A stretch of 64,000 bases of DNA from Bdellovibrionales bacterium RIFCSPHIGHO2_01_FULL_40_29 (GCA_001771815.1 MEPU01000005.1:2346-66345); one strand, 5' to 3'. Counted from the stretch's first letter, positions 39,209-49,660 are shown. Made by a program: numbers and translations. Notes: generated by a model not told the origin, from the letters alone.

Positions 39209-40618
39209 ATGGATGTTGCGCCGGCCATCCCGCTATGCAAATCTCAGCAGATGACGGACTCACTGCAGGTCATGATAACAATGTATCTGGGTACAGTCGT
39301 TATCAATATTATTATTTCATTTATTCAGTATCAGGTCGATCGCAATCAAGCTCAGCGCGCCATTTTTCTATTTTGGATTTGGACAATTATTTCCTTTGTC
39401 GCAAATGGGTGGTTACCCGAGAATGACATGCGGATTATCGTTGTTGCCTCGTTGGGAACATTTTTCTCTAACTATTTCTTAGGATCTTTTTTTGCACGAT
39501 TACATGATCTTGAAATTCCAAGGAAATCATTGTTCATCGTTTATTGTATTTTAATCTTCTCATCCTACCTTTTATCGTTAACTGGCGTTAGTTTCACACT
39601 GTATGCCTACCCTGGTATTATTGCTTGTTCATTTCCACTTTTTTATACTTTCTATTTAGTTACTATAAAAAAGAAGTCTCCGCTGACAACTGTTCAAAAA
39701 ATATTTGTCGTCATTTGCTTTATTTATGCTATTCACCTGTTGGATTGGCCTTATTTTAAGCCCCGACCGGATCTGATTGTCATTGGGTTTTGGATAGCCT
39801 TTATCCTGATGCACACTCTTTCTATTCTGACCCCGTTCATGGGTAATGAAAATCTACTTCAGCGACGGAATGCAAGACTTAGTGAAGAGGTCAAAGAAAA
39901 AGCTCGCCTGCTCACGACGGCTGAACTTAAAATCTGGGAAGGCAATAAATTGGCCAGTATAGGCCGAATGGCTGGTGGCGTGGCTCATGAAATCAATAAT
40001 CCATTGCAGATTATTTCGTTGCAAGCCGATGAACTGATTTGCCTCAGTGAATCCGGTTCCGTTTCAGCTGAACATGTGGTGGCAGGATCTGATAAAATTT
40101 TACAGATGGTCAACCGTATTTCCAACATCACCGAAAGTCTTCGTAAGGTGGCTCGTGATCGTCGCACGGTTGATTCTCAAAAAAATGATTTGGGTCAAAT
40201 TGCTGAAGACACATTGTCGTTGTGTTTTAATAGAATGACGGCCTTGGGTATCAATTTTATCTCTCAAATACCGGAACCCCCATTACCTATAAATTGCAAT
40301 GCCATCGAAATTTCGCAGGTCCTATTGAACCTCATGAATAACGCCATTGATGCAGTGGAAACTTTAGATGACAGACAGATAAAACTGACAATCCAGAAAA
40401 TAAGATCCATTTATAGAATTACAATCGAAGACAGTGGCTCTATAGATCCAGAAATTGCATCAAGGATGATGGAGCCCTTCTTTACAACAAAGCCTGTTGG
40501 CAAGGGCATCGGCTTGGGGCTCAGTGTTGCCAAATCCATAGTTGAAAATCATAATGGCCAGCTTTATCTCGATACCAAAAGTAAACGCACACGATTTGTT
40601 TTAGAGCTTCCGTTCTAG
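39209..40618 (+). CDS. Multi-TM sensor histidine kinase
   Basis: About 7 TM; GVAHEINNPL, QVLLNLMNNAIDA, EDSG, FFTTK, GIGLGL. Confidence 0.93.
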   Translation: MDVAPAIPLCKSQQMTDSLQVMITMYLGTVVINIIISFIQYQVDRNQAQRAIFLFWIWTIISFVANGWLPENDMRIIVVASLGTFFSNYFLGSFFARLHDLEIPRKSLFIVYCILIFSSYLLSLTGVSFTLYAYPGIIACSFPLFYTFYLVTIKKKSPLTTVQKIFVVICFIYAIHLLDWPYFKPRPDLIVIGFWIAFILMHTLSILTPFMGNENLLQRRNARLSEEVKEKARLLTTAELKIWEGNKLASIGRMAGGVAHEINNPLQIISLQADELICLSESGSVSAEHVVAGSDKILQMVNRISNITESLRKVARDRRTVDSQKNDLGQIAEDTLSLCFNRMTALGINFISQIPEPPLPINCNAIEISQVLLNLMNNAIDAVETLDDRQIKLTIQKIRSIYRITIEDSGSIDPEIASRMMEPFFTTKPVGKGIGLGLSVAKSIVENHNGQLYLDTKSKRTRFVLELPF

Positions 40619-40746
40619 CCGAAAATTCAGCCATATAATTGCTCTATCGTCTAGAATCTAGACAGTCCTTTCAGCTTAAACCTTATATAAGCACCTATTC
40701 TAAGGCCTTTAATTCGCATAGTTTTAATTAGAATTGGAAACCAAAA

Positions 40747-41424
40747 ATGATGAAGACTCCGTTTATTTCTTTTATTTTAGCGCTCTTTATTTCTGTCATA
40801 GGAAACTCGGCCTCATTATCAGATTTACGTAAATTTGAAACAGCAACAGCTCAGAATCCAGAAATAATCACCAAGCCAGCATTAATTTTTAATCAAAAAA
40901 ACGATACATTGGTATTTGAAAATTTAGAGTATACAGTTCTGTCAAAAAAAGAATTCCTTTCACTCGAATCACAATTGCGTTTAAAAAACTACGCCAATGC
41001 TTATAAAAAAGATGGATGTTACGCCAAGTCTCATCTTATTAGTTATGAACTTTATAGAGTTGGAATTAAGCACAATAAAATCCTGATTTTTGGAAATGAA
41101 TTGGGTGATGTGCAAGTAACCAATCCTGATCACTCTGTTATTTTATTTAAGTTTCATATCGCCCCAATTGTACTGGTCAGAGAAATCGATAACTCCATCA
41201 TGCCTTATGTCTTGGATTTAACTTTTTTTGATAAAGCTCCACACTATGACGCATGGATTGACTTATTCTACAAAAACTCAATCAAAGATAAAGTCACCAT
41301 TCAGATTGCTCCCCCTCAGTCCATTGACCCCACTTGGCAATTACCAATAGATATGACCTACAGTCCTGAATATCTCTACAGATTTGAAAATGAAGTAAAA
41401 GCCATTAACTCTATTAGGCCGTAA
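40747..41424 (+). CDS. Secreted protein-glutaminase-like cysteine hydrolase
   Basis: Signal peptide; DGCYAKSH, FKFHIAP, YVLDL triad. Confidence 0.75.
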   Translation: MMKTPFISFILALFISVIGNSASLSDLRKFETATAQNPEIITKPALIFNQKNDTLVFENLEYTVLSKKEFLSLESQLRLKNYANAYKKDGCYAKSHLISYELYRVGIKHNKILIFGNELGDVQVTNPDHSVILFKFHIAPIVLVREIDNSIMPYVLDLTFFDKAPHYDAWIDLFYKNSIKDKVTIQIAPPQSIDPTWQLPIDMTYSPEYLYRFENEVKAINSIRP

Positions 41425-41512
41425 CCCTAGCTAGACATTCGTCGCAGTTGATACCTTTTGCTATCATAGCTACACTGATTATTCACAATTTAAATCAGAA
41501 AATGAGTGTGCT

Positions 41513-44191
41513 ATGAAGCAATTATTGATTTTAGCTGCGGTCCTTGTTTGTTCTTCTTTTGCTCAAGCACTTCCAAGTGCCGAAGATATTATTAACAAAG
41601 TTGCTCCGATTCTTTGGAGTAAAGATCAAACTCAGGCCATTTTATTCAGTCTTAAGTATCCTGATTGTTCTGCTAAAATTATTTCCTACACTGTTGCGCA
41701 GGATTACGCCCTGGTTACTTTTATTAATGGACTTAAAGTGACTAAAATAAAGTCTATCCCTGGAATGTCCAATTTTAGCAATGCACCCAGCTGTAAAAAA
41801 TTAAATCCACCAGAGCAGGCTTACGCTTTCATCGACAGTCAAGGCGACAAATTTTTAGGAAAATCCACAGCGGATTCTGCAAAATCTTTACTGGCACCAT
41901 TAATTGCTGAAGGAACTTCTTATATTGATGCCCAAATCCTGGCTATTCCTTATGTGGGTACAATACTTGGCAATTGGAATTGTGGTTGCGATGCCGCCTT
42001 TGAAACAACATTTCAGGTTGAAGTGATGGCCGATGCCGCTGTTGCAGACGGAATTGCCATCGGCAAAGCCGCAAAAAACAAAGACATCACAAAAGTCATT
42101 GAGATTTTAATTGATAAAGCCGGATCTAAAATCGCGTGTGAATTGGCCTCGGAATTTATTGGCACCGGAAGTATTCCAGTCATCAGCTCAGTGGTTTCAA
42201 AAACGTGTTCCAGCGTTCTCGGAAAAGGCATTAGCTGGTTAAAAACAGCTGCCGGCGATATCGGCGAAGCCCTTGGAATTGTTGGTTATCAACACATTCC
42301 TACCGACCAGTACTATCAGCAGAACTGGGTTCCCCATTTAGATAACGGCGCCAAAACGGCTTCATTTTACGGGGGCGATGCCCTTTTTCAGTTTGAAGTT
42401 CCGATCTATAACGGCTGTTTCGATTATTTTTCAAAAAGCAATATGTCCGATTCAACTGCCTCCGGCGAATGCGATGAAGAACGTGAGAAATTTTCAAATC
42501 AAGCCAGTGCATTACAAGCTAAAATGGAAGAAGACATTCGAAAACAAATCGGTATGGTTTACGATAGCAAAGTGGATCAGTGGCGCGCCAGTTATATAAA
42601 TCTTTGTAAAGTGAATGATCCGAGTGTTCCTAATTCAAATAAATTAACTGAGACTTGTAATCAAAATATCGCTAATGCTTTTAACAGCGGAAAACCTGTG
42701 GCTGTACAAGCTTGGAAAAAATGTCAACTTCCTGCCAACTTCTCATATGATATTAATAAATGTCTGAAAATTGGAAATGAGTCGAGCCTAGGCGCTCGCA
42801 ATAACGCCATTGCAGAAATCGCTACAATGAATAATGCCTATGCTGTTAAACTCATTGTAGAATCTATCAGTAAAGGTGCAGCTGCCGCAAAACAAAAAGC
42901 CATGGACGATGAATTGGCGTCTTGGATTCCACAATGTCCCTACAGTTTAAAAGAGACCTGTGTAGCCAAACTCAAGCAAGGATGGAATGTTTGCCAAGCT
43001 AATATCGCCTTGATTCCTTATAACAAAGGTGGAAAAGAATTTAAAGATCAAGATATTAAAGTTGTTGCGGCGACAATGGCTTCCTGCCAGAAACTTTATG
43101 CGACATTAACAACGGGCTACACCAAACACGCTGACAATAAAATACTCATGATGGCACAAGAATCCACTTGTGATCCCTATAAAAGTAAATCCACTTTGTT
43201 TGCTCGTTGCAAATTTGACTTACAAATTTCTATGAATAAATGCCTTGGTGGCCTACCCTACATCCAGGTATTAACTTCTGTTTCTCAAAATCCGGCACCG
43301 GGCGATTGTCCAAAACTTATTTCAGAATTCAATGACAAGTGGCATATTTCGGATTTAGTGAAAAAAACTCTCAATGCGCAAACCGCAGCTTCCATTGCAA
43401 CTTGTTATAGCCTGGAACTTCCTGGGTGCATTGAGGCTGTCACTGACCAGGTTAACAAATGCCGCGCTGGGATCGACAAACAAGCCGATATCACAGTGCT
43501 TTCACTAGCAATCAATTCACCTCAACTAACGAAAGCGAAAAAAGATTTATATGCAATGGCTGCCGGATGCGGACAGTCCATAGCCAAAATCCCGGACACT
43601 TTTAAAAAAGGCAAAGGTGCCGAAGTTCTTGTGATGAGTAAATATGGAAAACTATGTCCCGCAATAAATGAAAAATCGGATTACAACTTTCAGTGTAAAA
43701 ATGAATTATTAAAAACAATTGCCAAATGCAAAGCTGAAGGACTTGCGCAAAAGCGCAGTGGCATTGCTGAACAAGAAGTCAATGCCTGTCACGATCAACT
43801 TATGGCAGTGGTTGAACATTTTAATAAACTTGAAAATCCAAAATTTGAAACTGGAAAACTAGATAAACCTGAAGCCAAACAAGGACCTAAAATAGTTCCC
43901 AATAAAATGGCGCCCCCGCCGCCAATGGGTTTACCAAAAGATTCTATCGCTCCAGCTGCGGCGACACCAACAGGGTTCACACAGCCTAAGAAAAATCCAA
44001 CACGTATCGAACCACCTACAGCTCCTAACCGCACAGCTCCCGTTCCGCCTGCCTCCGGAGTTGAGTCATTAGCTGGCAAGTGCACAGTGGCTCGCACTGG
44101 AATATATCAATGCAACACAGATGAAGGCCTGGCGCTTTGCGAAGCACTTAAGCGTGACGCCAAAGTTTCAGGCTGCGCAAAGGTGAATTAA
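41513..44191 (+). CDS. Large secreted Cys-rich repeat protein with Pro-rich tail
   Basis: Signal peptide; repeated C-x7/12-C-x10-C units; Pro/Ala-rich C-terminus then a 3-Cys end module. Confidence 0.85.
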   Translation: MKQLLILAAVLVCSSFAQALPSAEDIINKVAPILWSKDQTQAILFSLKYPDCSAKIISYTVAQDYALVTFINGLKVTKIKSIPGMSNFSNAPSCKKLNPPEQAYAFIDSQGDKFLGKSTADSAKSLLAPLIAEGTSYIDAQILAIPYVGTILGNWNCGCDAAFETTFQVEVMADAAVADGIAIGKAAKNKDITKVIEILIDKAGSKIACELASEFIGTGSIPVISSVVSKTCSSVLGKGISWLKTAAGDIGEALGIVGYQHIPTDQYYQQNWVPHLDNGAKTASFYGGDALFQFEVPIYNGCFDYFSKSNMSDSTASGECDEEREKFSNQASALQAKMEEDIRKQIGMVYDSKVDQWRASYINLCKVNDPSVPNSNKLTETCNQNIANAFNSGKPVAVQAWKKCQLPANFSYDINKCLKIGNESSLGARNNAIAEIATMNNAYAVKLIVESISKGAAAAKQKAMDDELASWIPQCPYSLKETCVAKLKQGWNVCQANIALIPYNKGGKEFKDQDIKVVAATMASCQKLYATLTTGYTKHADNKILMMAQESTCDPYKSKSTLFARCKFDLQISMNKCLGGLPYIQVLTSVSQNPAPGDCPKLISEFNDKWHISDLVKKTLNAQTAASIATCYSLELPGCIEAVTDQVNKCRAGIDKQADITVLSLAINSPQLTKAKKDLYAMAAGCGQSIAKIPDTFKKGKGAEVLVMSKYGKLCPAINEKSDYNFQCKNELLKTIAKCKAEGLAQKRSGIAEQEVNACHDQLMAVVEHFNKLENPKFETGKLDKPEAKQGPKIVPNKMAPPPPMGLPKDSIAPAAATPTGFTQPKKNPTRIEPPTAPNRTAPVPPASGVESLAGKCTVARTGIYQCNTDEGLALCEALKRDAKVSGCAKVN

Positions 44192-44195
44192 TTCT

Positions 44196-45785
44196 ATGTT
44201 CAAATATTTTTTAGCAGCATCGATGGTCCCGTGTTTCGCTTTTGCAGAAGAAATAGTGACAGGGACTAATGAACAGGCTTTGCAATCATGGCAAGCCAGT
44301 GTTCGTGGCAGCAACTATACAAATCATGTCACAGCTCCTGCCAATACAACAACACCCAACAAAGACGGTACATTTTATAAAATAGCGGTGGTCACTGATT
44401 TTCGTCAAACCAATGAAATCAAAGGCCTCGTTGATTTTTTACAATTTGGCTTAATTAATTCCAATGATCGCTCGGTGATCAGTCAAACTCCTGCATTAAT
44501 TAATAATTTACAGGCCGGGCGCAGCACCAACGACTATTTTATTTCAGGCGGAGATATCTCGCCGAATTTTTCCAGCCTGAGTACAAATCTTGGTGCCCGC
44601 GGGATTATCGGTCAAAATTTATTCGGAAACTTTCTTGTTTCGGCCTACACAGGCGTTGTTGCAGAAAGTTGGGAAGCATTGAATTCTTCAATACTGCGCA
44701 GCCATTTCTTACGTGATATTTATGGTTTGAAAACCGAGTATACTTACTCAGATAGCATTCAACTTTACGCCACCACTCAGGTTGGTTCGGATCGCAGCGG
44801 CAGTGTGAATGATCCTGCACTTATTGCGACATCAAATGCAACTAACTTGCAAAGTTCCAGCGTCGGTTTTGCGTTTTCCGAAGGAAATTTTAAAATTGCT
44901 GGCGAAATAGCTACCAGCAGTGATCAGCAGGAAACTTTAGCAAATAAATCTGGTCTAGCTAGTATTCTTGATGCTGAATGGGATAATAAAACAGTTGCGC
45001 TTCATTTGGGATATCATGATATCAGTGATAAATTCTCAACCCTTTCAGTAAAAGCCCTGCCCGGAGTACGAGAGGCCTATCTCGGAGCTGACTGGGTCGC
45101 ACAAACGTGGCTGACTGCTGGAGCAGAATTTCGAAACGGAAATGATACCGTTCTTGCAACAACTACCACTTCACAAAGCGCCAAAGCTCAATTCAGTTTT
45201 GAATCTGAAAATCCAGAATGGACTTTAAATCTGACTCAAACAGATTCAAAAGCACGGGATATCAGATTGCTGTTGATACAAAATGAACAAAGTGCGGCGA
45301 CGCTTAAGTACGAAGCTCATCAGTGGAAAATTGGACTCACACACTCTGTGGGGAAAGTAACCGATGCCAGCGCTCCAACAAGTGATGCTAAAAAATTGGG
45401 TTGGAATCTTTCAGTAGCAAAAGCTCTTGGTGATGTGACACCGACTCCAACTTCGATCTGGTCTGGAAATGTTGCAATCAGTTACTCTTCGGATGATCAT
45501 CGATATTTAACCGGAACAAATGTTCTGACGACCAAGCGCTCACTCAGTATTTCGGCAAAGCATATTGAATGGGGAAGCTTAATCCTCAGTGCCGATGATG
45601 GCGCCACTCCTCGGCCAAACTTACCCGAACTCACCACTGAAAGCCGACAATTCGATGTGGCCCATGACTTCACAGCAAAAGATAATGCACGGATCTACTG
45701 GCTCAGCACTAAAAACAACACTCAGGAAATCGCGCTGGCAACCGAAGAACAAATCCTTGGCGCCGAATACACTCACACTTTTTAA
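44196..45785 (+). CDS. Putative outer-membrane beta-barrel protein
   Basis: Signal peptide; amphipathic beta strands; C-terminal GAEYTHTF beta-signal. Confidence 0.7.
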   Translation: MFKYFLAASMVPCFAFAEEIVTGTNEQALQSWQASVRGSNYTNHVTAPANTTTPNKDGTFYKIAVVTDFRQTNEIKGLVDFLQFGLINSNDRSVISQTPALINNLQAGRSTNDYFISGGDISPNFSSLSTNLGARGIIGQNLFGNFLVSAYTGVVAESWEALNSSILRSHFLRDIYGLKTEYTYSDSIQLYATTQVGSDRSGSVNDPALIATSNATNLQSSSVGFAFSEGNFKIAGEIATSSDQQETLANKSGLASILDAEWDNKTVALHLGYHDISDKFSTLSVKALPGVREAYLGADWVAQTWLTAGAEFRNGNDTVLATTTTSQSAKAQFSFESENPEWTLNLTQTDSKARDIRLLLIQNEQSAATLKYEAHQWKIGLTHSVGKVTDASAPTSDAKKLGWNLSVAKALGDVTPTPTSIWSGNVAISYSSDDHRYLTGTNVLTTKRSLSISAKHIEWGSLILSADDGATPRPNLPELTTESRQFDVAHDFTAKDNARIYWLSTKNNTQEIALATEEQILGAEYTHTF

Positions 45786-45794
45786 GGAGATTTT

Positions 45795-46289
45795 ATGAAA
45801 ATATTTTTAATAACAATTTTACTGTCAGCCAGCAGTCATCTTTATGCCTCCGAAAATTCAGAGACTTCATCAAATTCAGTTAAAACTCTCGACAGCAAAC
45901 CCAGTAAGGTTGGCACTCCTTTAGATGCAAAAAAAGCTTCAGCGGCACTGAATGAATTATTCCGCGCCTACGAATCCGGAAACATAACCACTGCTCGCGA
46001 GTTTCTCGATTCTAAAATGATTGGCTTTCAAAAAATGTTAGATGGTATGACGGCCGAATCCAACACATGCAAACAAATCCGTATCCATTTACTGGATACT
46101 CAAATTCAAGCTGGCCCAGATATTGTCACCATTCAAAGCAAATGGGAAAAACGCTGTTTGCAACTACCTAACTTCTCTCCGAAACTTTACACCGGACATT
46201 CGACCTTTCTGATGCAAAGATCTGGCACGGGGTGGAATTTATCAGGAATCTCTGGAAGCAATCCTTTACAGAATTCTGGCGCCCGTTAG
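45795..46289 (+). CDS. Exported small protein, possibly NTF2-like
   Basis: AAGGAG RBS; signal peptide; helix-then-strands pattern ending GWNLSGISG. Confidence 0.65.
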   Translation: MKIFLITILLSASSHLYASENSETSSNSVKTLDSKPSKVGTPLDAKKASAALNELFRAYESGNITTAREFLDSKMIGFQKMLDGMTAESNTCKQIRIHLLDTQIQAGPDIVTIQSKWEKRCLQLPNFSPKLYTGHSTFLMQRSGTGWNLSGISGSNPLQNSGAR

Positions 46290-46311
46290 GATTTGAAAAC
46301 CACTGAAACGA

Positions 46312-46381
46312 ATCCGACTATTTTAACCTATACATTAAAATAGACTTGACTATTTTAATGTATAGGTTAAAATAGTCGGAT
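46312..46381. repeat. Perfect 32-bp inverted repeat with 6-nt spacer covering the promoter and start codon
   Basis: ATCCGACTATTTTAACCTATACATTAAAATAG-ACTTGA-CTATTTTAATGTATAGGTTAAAATAGTCGGAT. Confidence 0.97.
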
Positions 46382-47504
46382 GAGATACATTGAAGATTTT
46401 ATTCGAAATGATTTAAATAAAAAAATGGTCTTTTTAGGCGGTCCTAGACAAGTTGGAAAAACGACTTTGGCTAAAAATATCATTAAAAACCGTGGTTTGT
46501 ATTTAAATTGGGACGATGAGCTTGATCGTAAAAAAATACTTGCTCGCCAGTGGTCTGATGATGATCATTATCTTGTTTTTGACGAACTTCATAAATTTCC
46601 ACGTTGGAAAAACTGGGTTAAAGGTGTTTATGACACTCAAAAAGAAAATCATAAAATTTTAGTAACAGGCAGTGCTCGACTGGATCTTTATAAAAAAGGT
46701 GGCGATTCATTACTTGGACGATACCATTACTACCGACTGCACCCTTTTTCCATCAATGAAGTTCCAAAATCAGTTCATAAAAAAGATGTTTTAAAACGAT
46801 TAATGAAATTTGGTGGGTTCCCAGAGCCATTTCTTTCAGGAAGCGAAACAGAAAATCGTCGTTGGCGTAAAGAACGCTTTGACCGTATACTAAAAGATGA
46901 TATTCGCGAACTCGAAGCTGTAAAAGAAATAAATAATATTTCCTTATTGGTTGATTTATTAAAATCGCGCGTCGGATCACCAATAGTGGTCTCTAATTTA
47001 GCCAAAGATTTACAAGTGGCTTCGAACACCGTGAAAAATTGGATTGATATTTTAGAAAAGATGTACTTAATATTTAAAGTTCCTGTTTACACAGTGAAAA
47101 TTGCGCGAAGCCTTCAAAAACCATTTAGAATCTATTTTTATGACAATGCTGATGTTGATGGTGATGACGGAGCACGATTTGAAAACCTTGTTGCAACCCA
47201 TCTTTTGAAAATGCTACATTATTTAGAAGATACAGAAGGCTACAGATGCGAACTATTTTATATTCGAGATAAAGACGGCCGTGAAGTTGATTTTTGCGTC
47301 GTTATCGATGGAAAAGTTGTGGAACTCATCGAAGCTAAACTGAATGACTCTACGATATCAAAGCCACTGATCTATTTTTCAGAAAAATTAAATCCATTAA
47401 AATCGACTCAAGTGTTATACTCAGAAATAACAAGGTATAAAAAAAATAATCTTGTCTTAAATGGCGTCGAAGAAGAATTCTCAAAATTAAACAGGTGGAA
47501 GTAG
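46380..47504 (+). CDS. AAA_14 ATPase with C-terminal DUF4143 (PD-(D/E)xK-like) domain
   Basis: GPRQVGKTT, LVFDELHK, VTGSAR, FGGFPE, FYDN, REVDF...IEAK. Confidence 0.93.
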   Translation: MRYIEDFIRNDLNKKMVFLGGPRQVGKTTLAKNIIKNRGLYLNWDDELDRKKILARQWSDDDHYLVFDELHKFPRWKNWVKGVYDTQKENHKILVTGSARLDLYKKGGDSLLGRYHYYRLHPFSINEVPKSVHKKDVLKRLMKFGGFPEPFLSGSETENRRWRKERFDRILKDDIRELEAVKEINNISLLVDLLKSRVGSPIVVSNLAKDLQVASNTVKNWIDILEKMYLIFKVPVYTVKIARSLQKPFRIYFYDNADVDGDDGARFENLVATHLLKMLHYLEDTEGYRCELFYIRDKDGREVDFCVVIDGKVVELIEAKLNDSTISKPLIYFSEKLNPLKSTQVLYSEITRYKKNNLVLNGVEEEFSKLNRWK

Positions 47505-47507
47505 TTT

Positions 47508-48566
47508 ATGTCACTTCTCGGAAAACCACTGCAACTCGGCGATATCACATTACCAAACCGCATTATCATGGCGCCTCTAACTCGCTCACGCGCTGGTGAT
47601 GACCGCATTCCCAATGATCTTATGCGCGACTATTACGAACAACGCGCTTCTGCAGGACTCATAATTACCGAAGCGACTATTATTGATGAAAAAGCAGCCG
47701 GTTATGCCGCGACTCCTGGAATTTATAACGAGCAACAAATTGCGGGCTGGAAAAAAATCACAGACGCCGTTCACGCCAAAAGCGGGCGCATATTTATACA
47801 GTTATGGCATGTGGGACGCATTTCAGATCCCCTCTTTTTAAATGGTGACTTACCCGTTGCCCCTAGTGCGGTGAGACCCGCTGGACACATAAATCTTGTA
47901 CGACCTGTTAAAGAATTCGTTACTCCACGTGCACTGGAAACTACCGAAGTGAAGCAACTGGTCCAAAAATACAAACAAGCAGCAATCAACGCACGAAAAT
48001 CTGATTTCGATGGTGTTGAACTTCACGCGGCCAATGGGTACTTAGTGGATCAATTTTTACAAGAAAAAACTAATCTACGAACTGATGAATACGGTGGATC
48101 CATTGAAAACAGAGCGCGTTTTTTACTTGAAATCACAGACGCCTTAATCGAAGTCTACGGCGCTGGACGTGTCGGAGTGCATTTAGCACCACGCATGGAT
48201 TCACATGATATGGGTGATTCCAACCCCAAAGCCCTTTTTGGTTACGTCGCTCGCGAACTCGGTAAAAGAAAAATTGCTTTTATTTTCACACGTGAAACTC
48301 AAGGTCCGGGATTTTTGGGTGATTACCTAAAAAAAGAATTTGGCGGCGTGCTTATCGCTAATCAAAAGTATTCTAAAGAAGCCGCCGAAGAAAGTATTGC
48401 TCGAGGCGACGCCGACGCTGTGTCTTGGGGAGTAAACTTCATTGCCAATCCCGATTTACCACTGCGACTTTTAGAAAACCTTCCCTTGAATCCACCCGAT
48501 CCAAGTCATTTTTATCAGGGTGGCGCAAAGGGATATACGGATTATCCGTTTTATTCAGAAAATTAA
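47508..48566 (+). CDS. Old Yellow Enzyme family alkene reductase (NemA/XenB-like)
   Basis: MAPLTRSRA, QLWHVGR, VELHAANGYL, RTDEYGGSIENRARF, FIANPDLP. Confidence 0.95.
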   Translation: MSLLGKPLQLGDITLPNRIIMAPLTRSRAGDDRIPNDLMRDYYEQRASAGLIITEATIIDEKAAGYAATPGIYNEQQIAGWKKITDAVHAKSGRIFIQLWHVGRISDPLFLNGDLPVAPSAVRPAGHINLVRPVKEFVTPRALETTEVKQLVQKYKQAAINARKSDFDGVELHAANGYLVDQFLQEKTNLRTDEYGGSIENRARFLLEITDALIEVYGAGRVGVHLAPRMDSHDMGDSNPKALFGYVARELGKRKIAFIFTRETQGPGFLGDYLKKEFGGVLIANQKYSKEAAEESIARGDADAVSWGVNFIANPDLPLRLLENLPLNPPDPSHFYQGGAKGYTDYPFYSEN

Positions 48567-48568
48567 AA

Positions 48569-49660
48569 TCACATTCCTACGCTAATACCGAATAATAAAC
48601 TATTTAATGACCCACTGGATTTTACACCATCGAATTCAACGCCACTTATGAAACGAGAGTTAAGTCCTAAATTAAAATAATATTTACCTCTCCAATAACC
48701 TCGTTCGACATTCGAAAACATAACATTATATCTTAATCCTAATTGACCGGCAGCATATGGCGAATTGGATTTAAATGCATCATCAACATTTCCCAGACTC
48801 ATATGTCCGGACTCGCCGCCAATCCTCAAGTAGATATTTTTATCTTCATTTATAATAAATCGTTTCACATAACCAATACCAAATCCTCCAATCGACCACG
48901 TGTCATGACCAATAAGAGGATGCAAACTTTTGTAATTATCTGAAGCCCTTGCTGAAGCGTACCCCAGATCCAAATACATTCCATTATTTGAAGCACCTAA
49001 TACATTCCATTCAAATCTAACTTCAGAAGCTAAACTCTCACTAGTCAAATCACTAAGATCACCTTGAATGAACGTTGGCCCTAAATACATACTTAACATT
49101 GTAATTTCGCTATCAACTAAACTTTCGCTTCCCTTAAATTCAGGATTCTTCGCATAGGTGATATTGATATCACAATTTTTTTGATCAACCATGACAGGTA
49201 TTTTTACCAACATAGTCGTCGCATCTCTAAAATCAGATTTTTGATGAAATTTTAAATACCCTGCCGATATCATTTTAGCAGGCAAAAAACCGGTCACACT
49301 CAAATCCAAATCAAAATACTTAGTCACTTCATTGTTATAATTTACTGTCGCCAAATTATTAAATATTTGCGCGCCACTATTGCTGTTATTTTTCATACCT
49401 AAAAACATCACTGAAAAAGGAGATAAATTGTATATTTTTGATTCAATGATTAACCCACACTGTTCAGTTAATTTCGTGGTCGTTTTAACTCGTGGATCAA
49501 CCCAATAGTCAGATTCATAAGGCGCAAGACCACTTGCCGAAGTCGCAGACAACGCCATACCAACACCCACAGCCGTTGCAACACCGACAGCTGCATCACC
49601 AGCGCTTGCAAAACAATTAATATGAAAACAAAAAAACAAAGAGAATATTATTCTTTTCAC
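48569..49660 (-). CDS. AT-rich hypothetical protein with probable C-terminal OM beta-barrel
   Basis: Signal peptide; strand-like C-terminal half ending FGISVGM. Confidence 0.65.
   Translation of the reverse strand: MKRIIFSLFFCFHINCFASAGDAAVGVATAVGVGMALSATSASGLAPYESDYWVDPRVKTTTKLTEQCGLIIESKIYNLSPFSVMFLGMKNNSNSGAQIFNNLATVNYNNEVTKYFDLDLSVTGFLPAKMISAGYLKFHQKSDFRDATTMLVKIPVMVDQKNCDINITYAKNPEFKGSESLVDSEITMLSMYLGPTFIQGDLSDLTSESLASEVRFEWNVLGASNNGMYLDLGYASARASDNYKSLHPLIGHDTWSIGGFGIGYVKRFIINEDKNIYLRIGGESGHMSLGNVDDAFKSNSPYAAGQLGLRYNVMFSNVERGYWRGKYYFNLGLNSRFISGVEFDGVKSSGSLNSLLFGISVGM

Noticed and set aside
43795-44097. 100-aa Gly/Ala-rich minus-strand ORF
   Set aside because: Antisense of the Pro-rich stalk
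46312-46381. MITE/IS end or CRISPR repeat
   Set aside because: Single copy, no spacers, no target duplication or transposase; coincides with promoter elements
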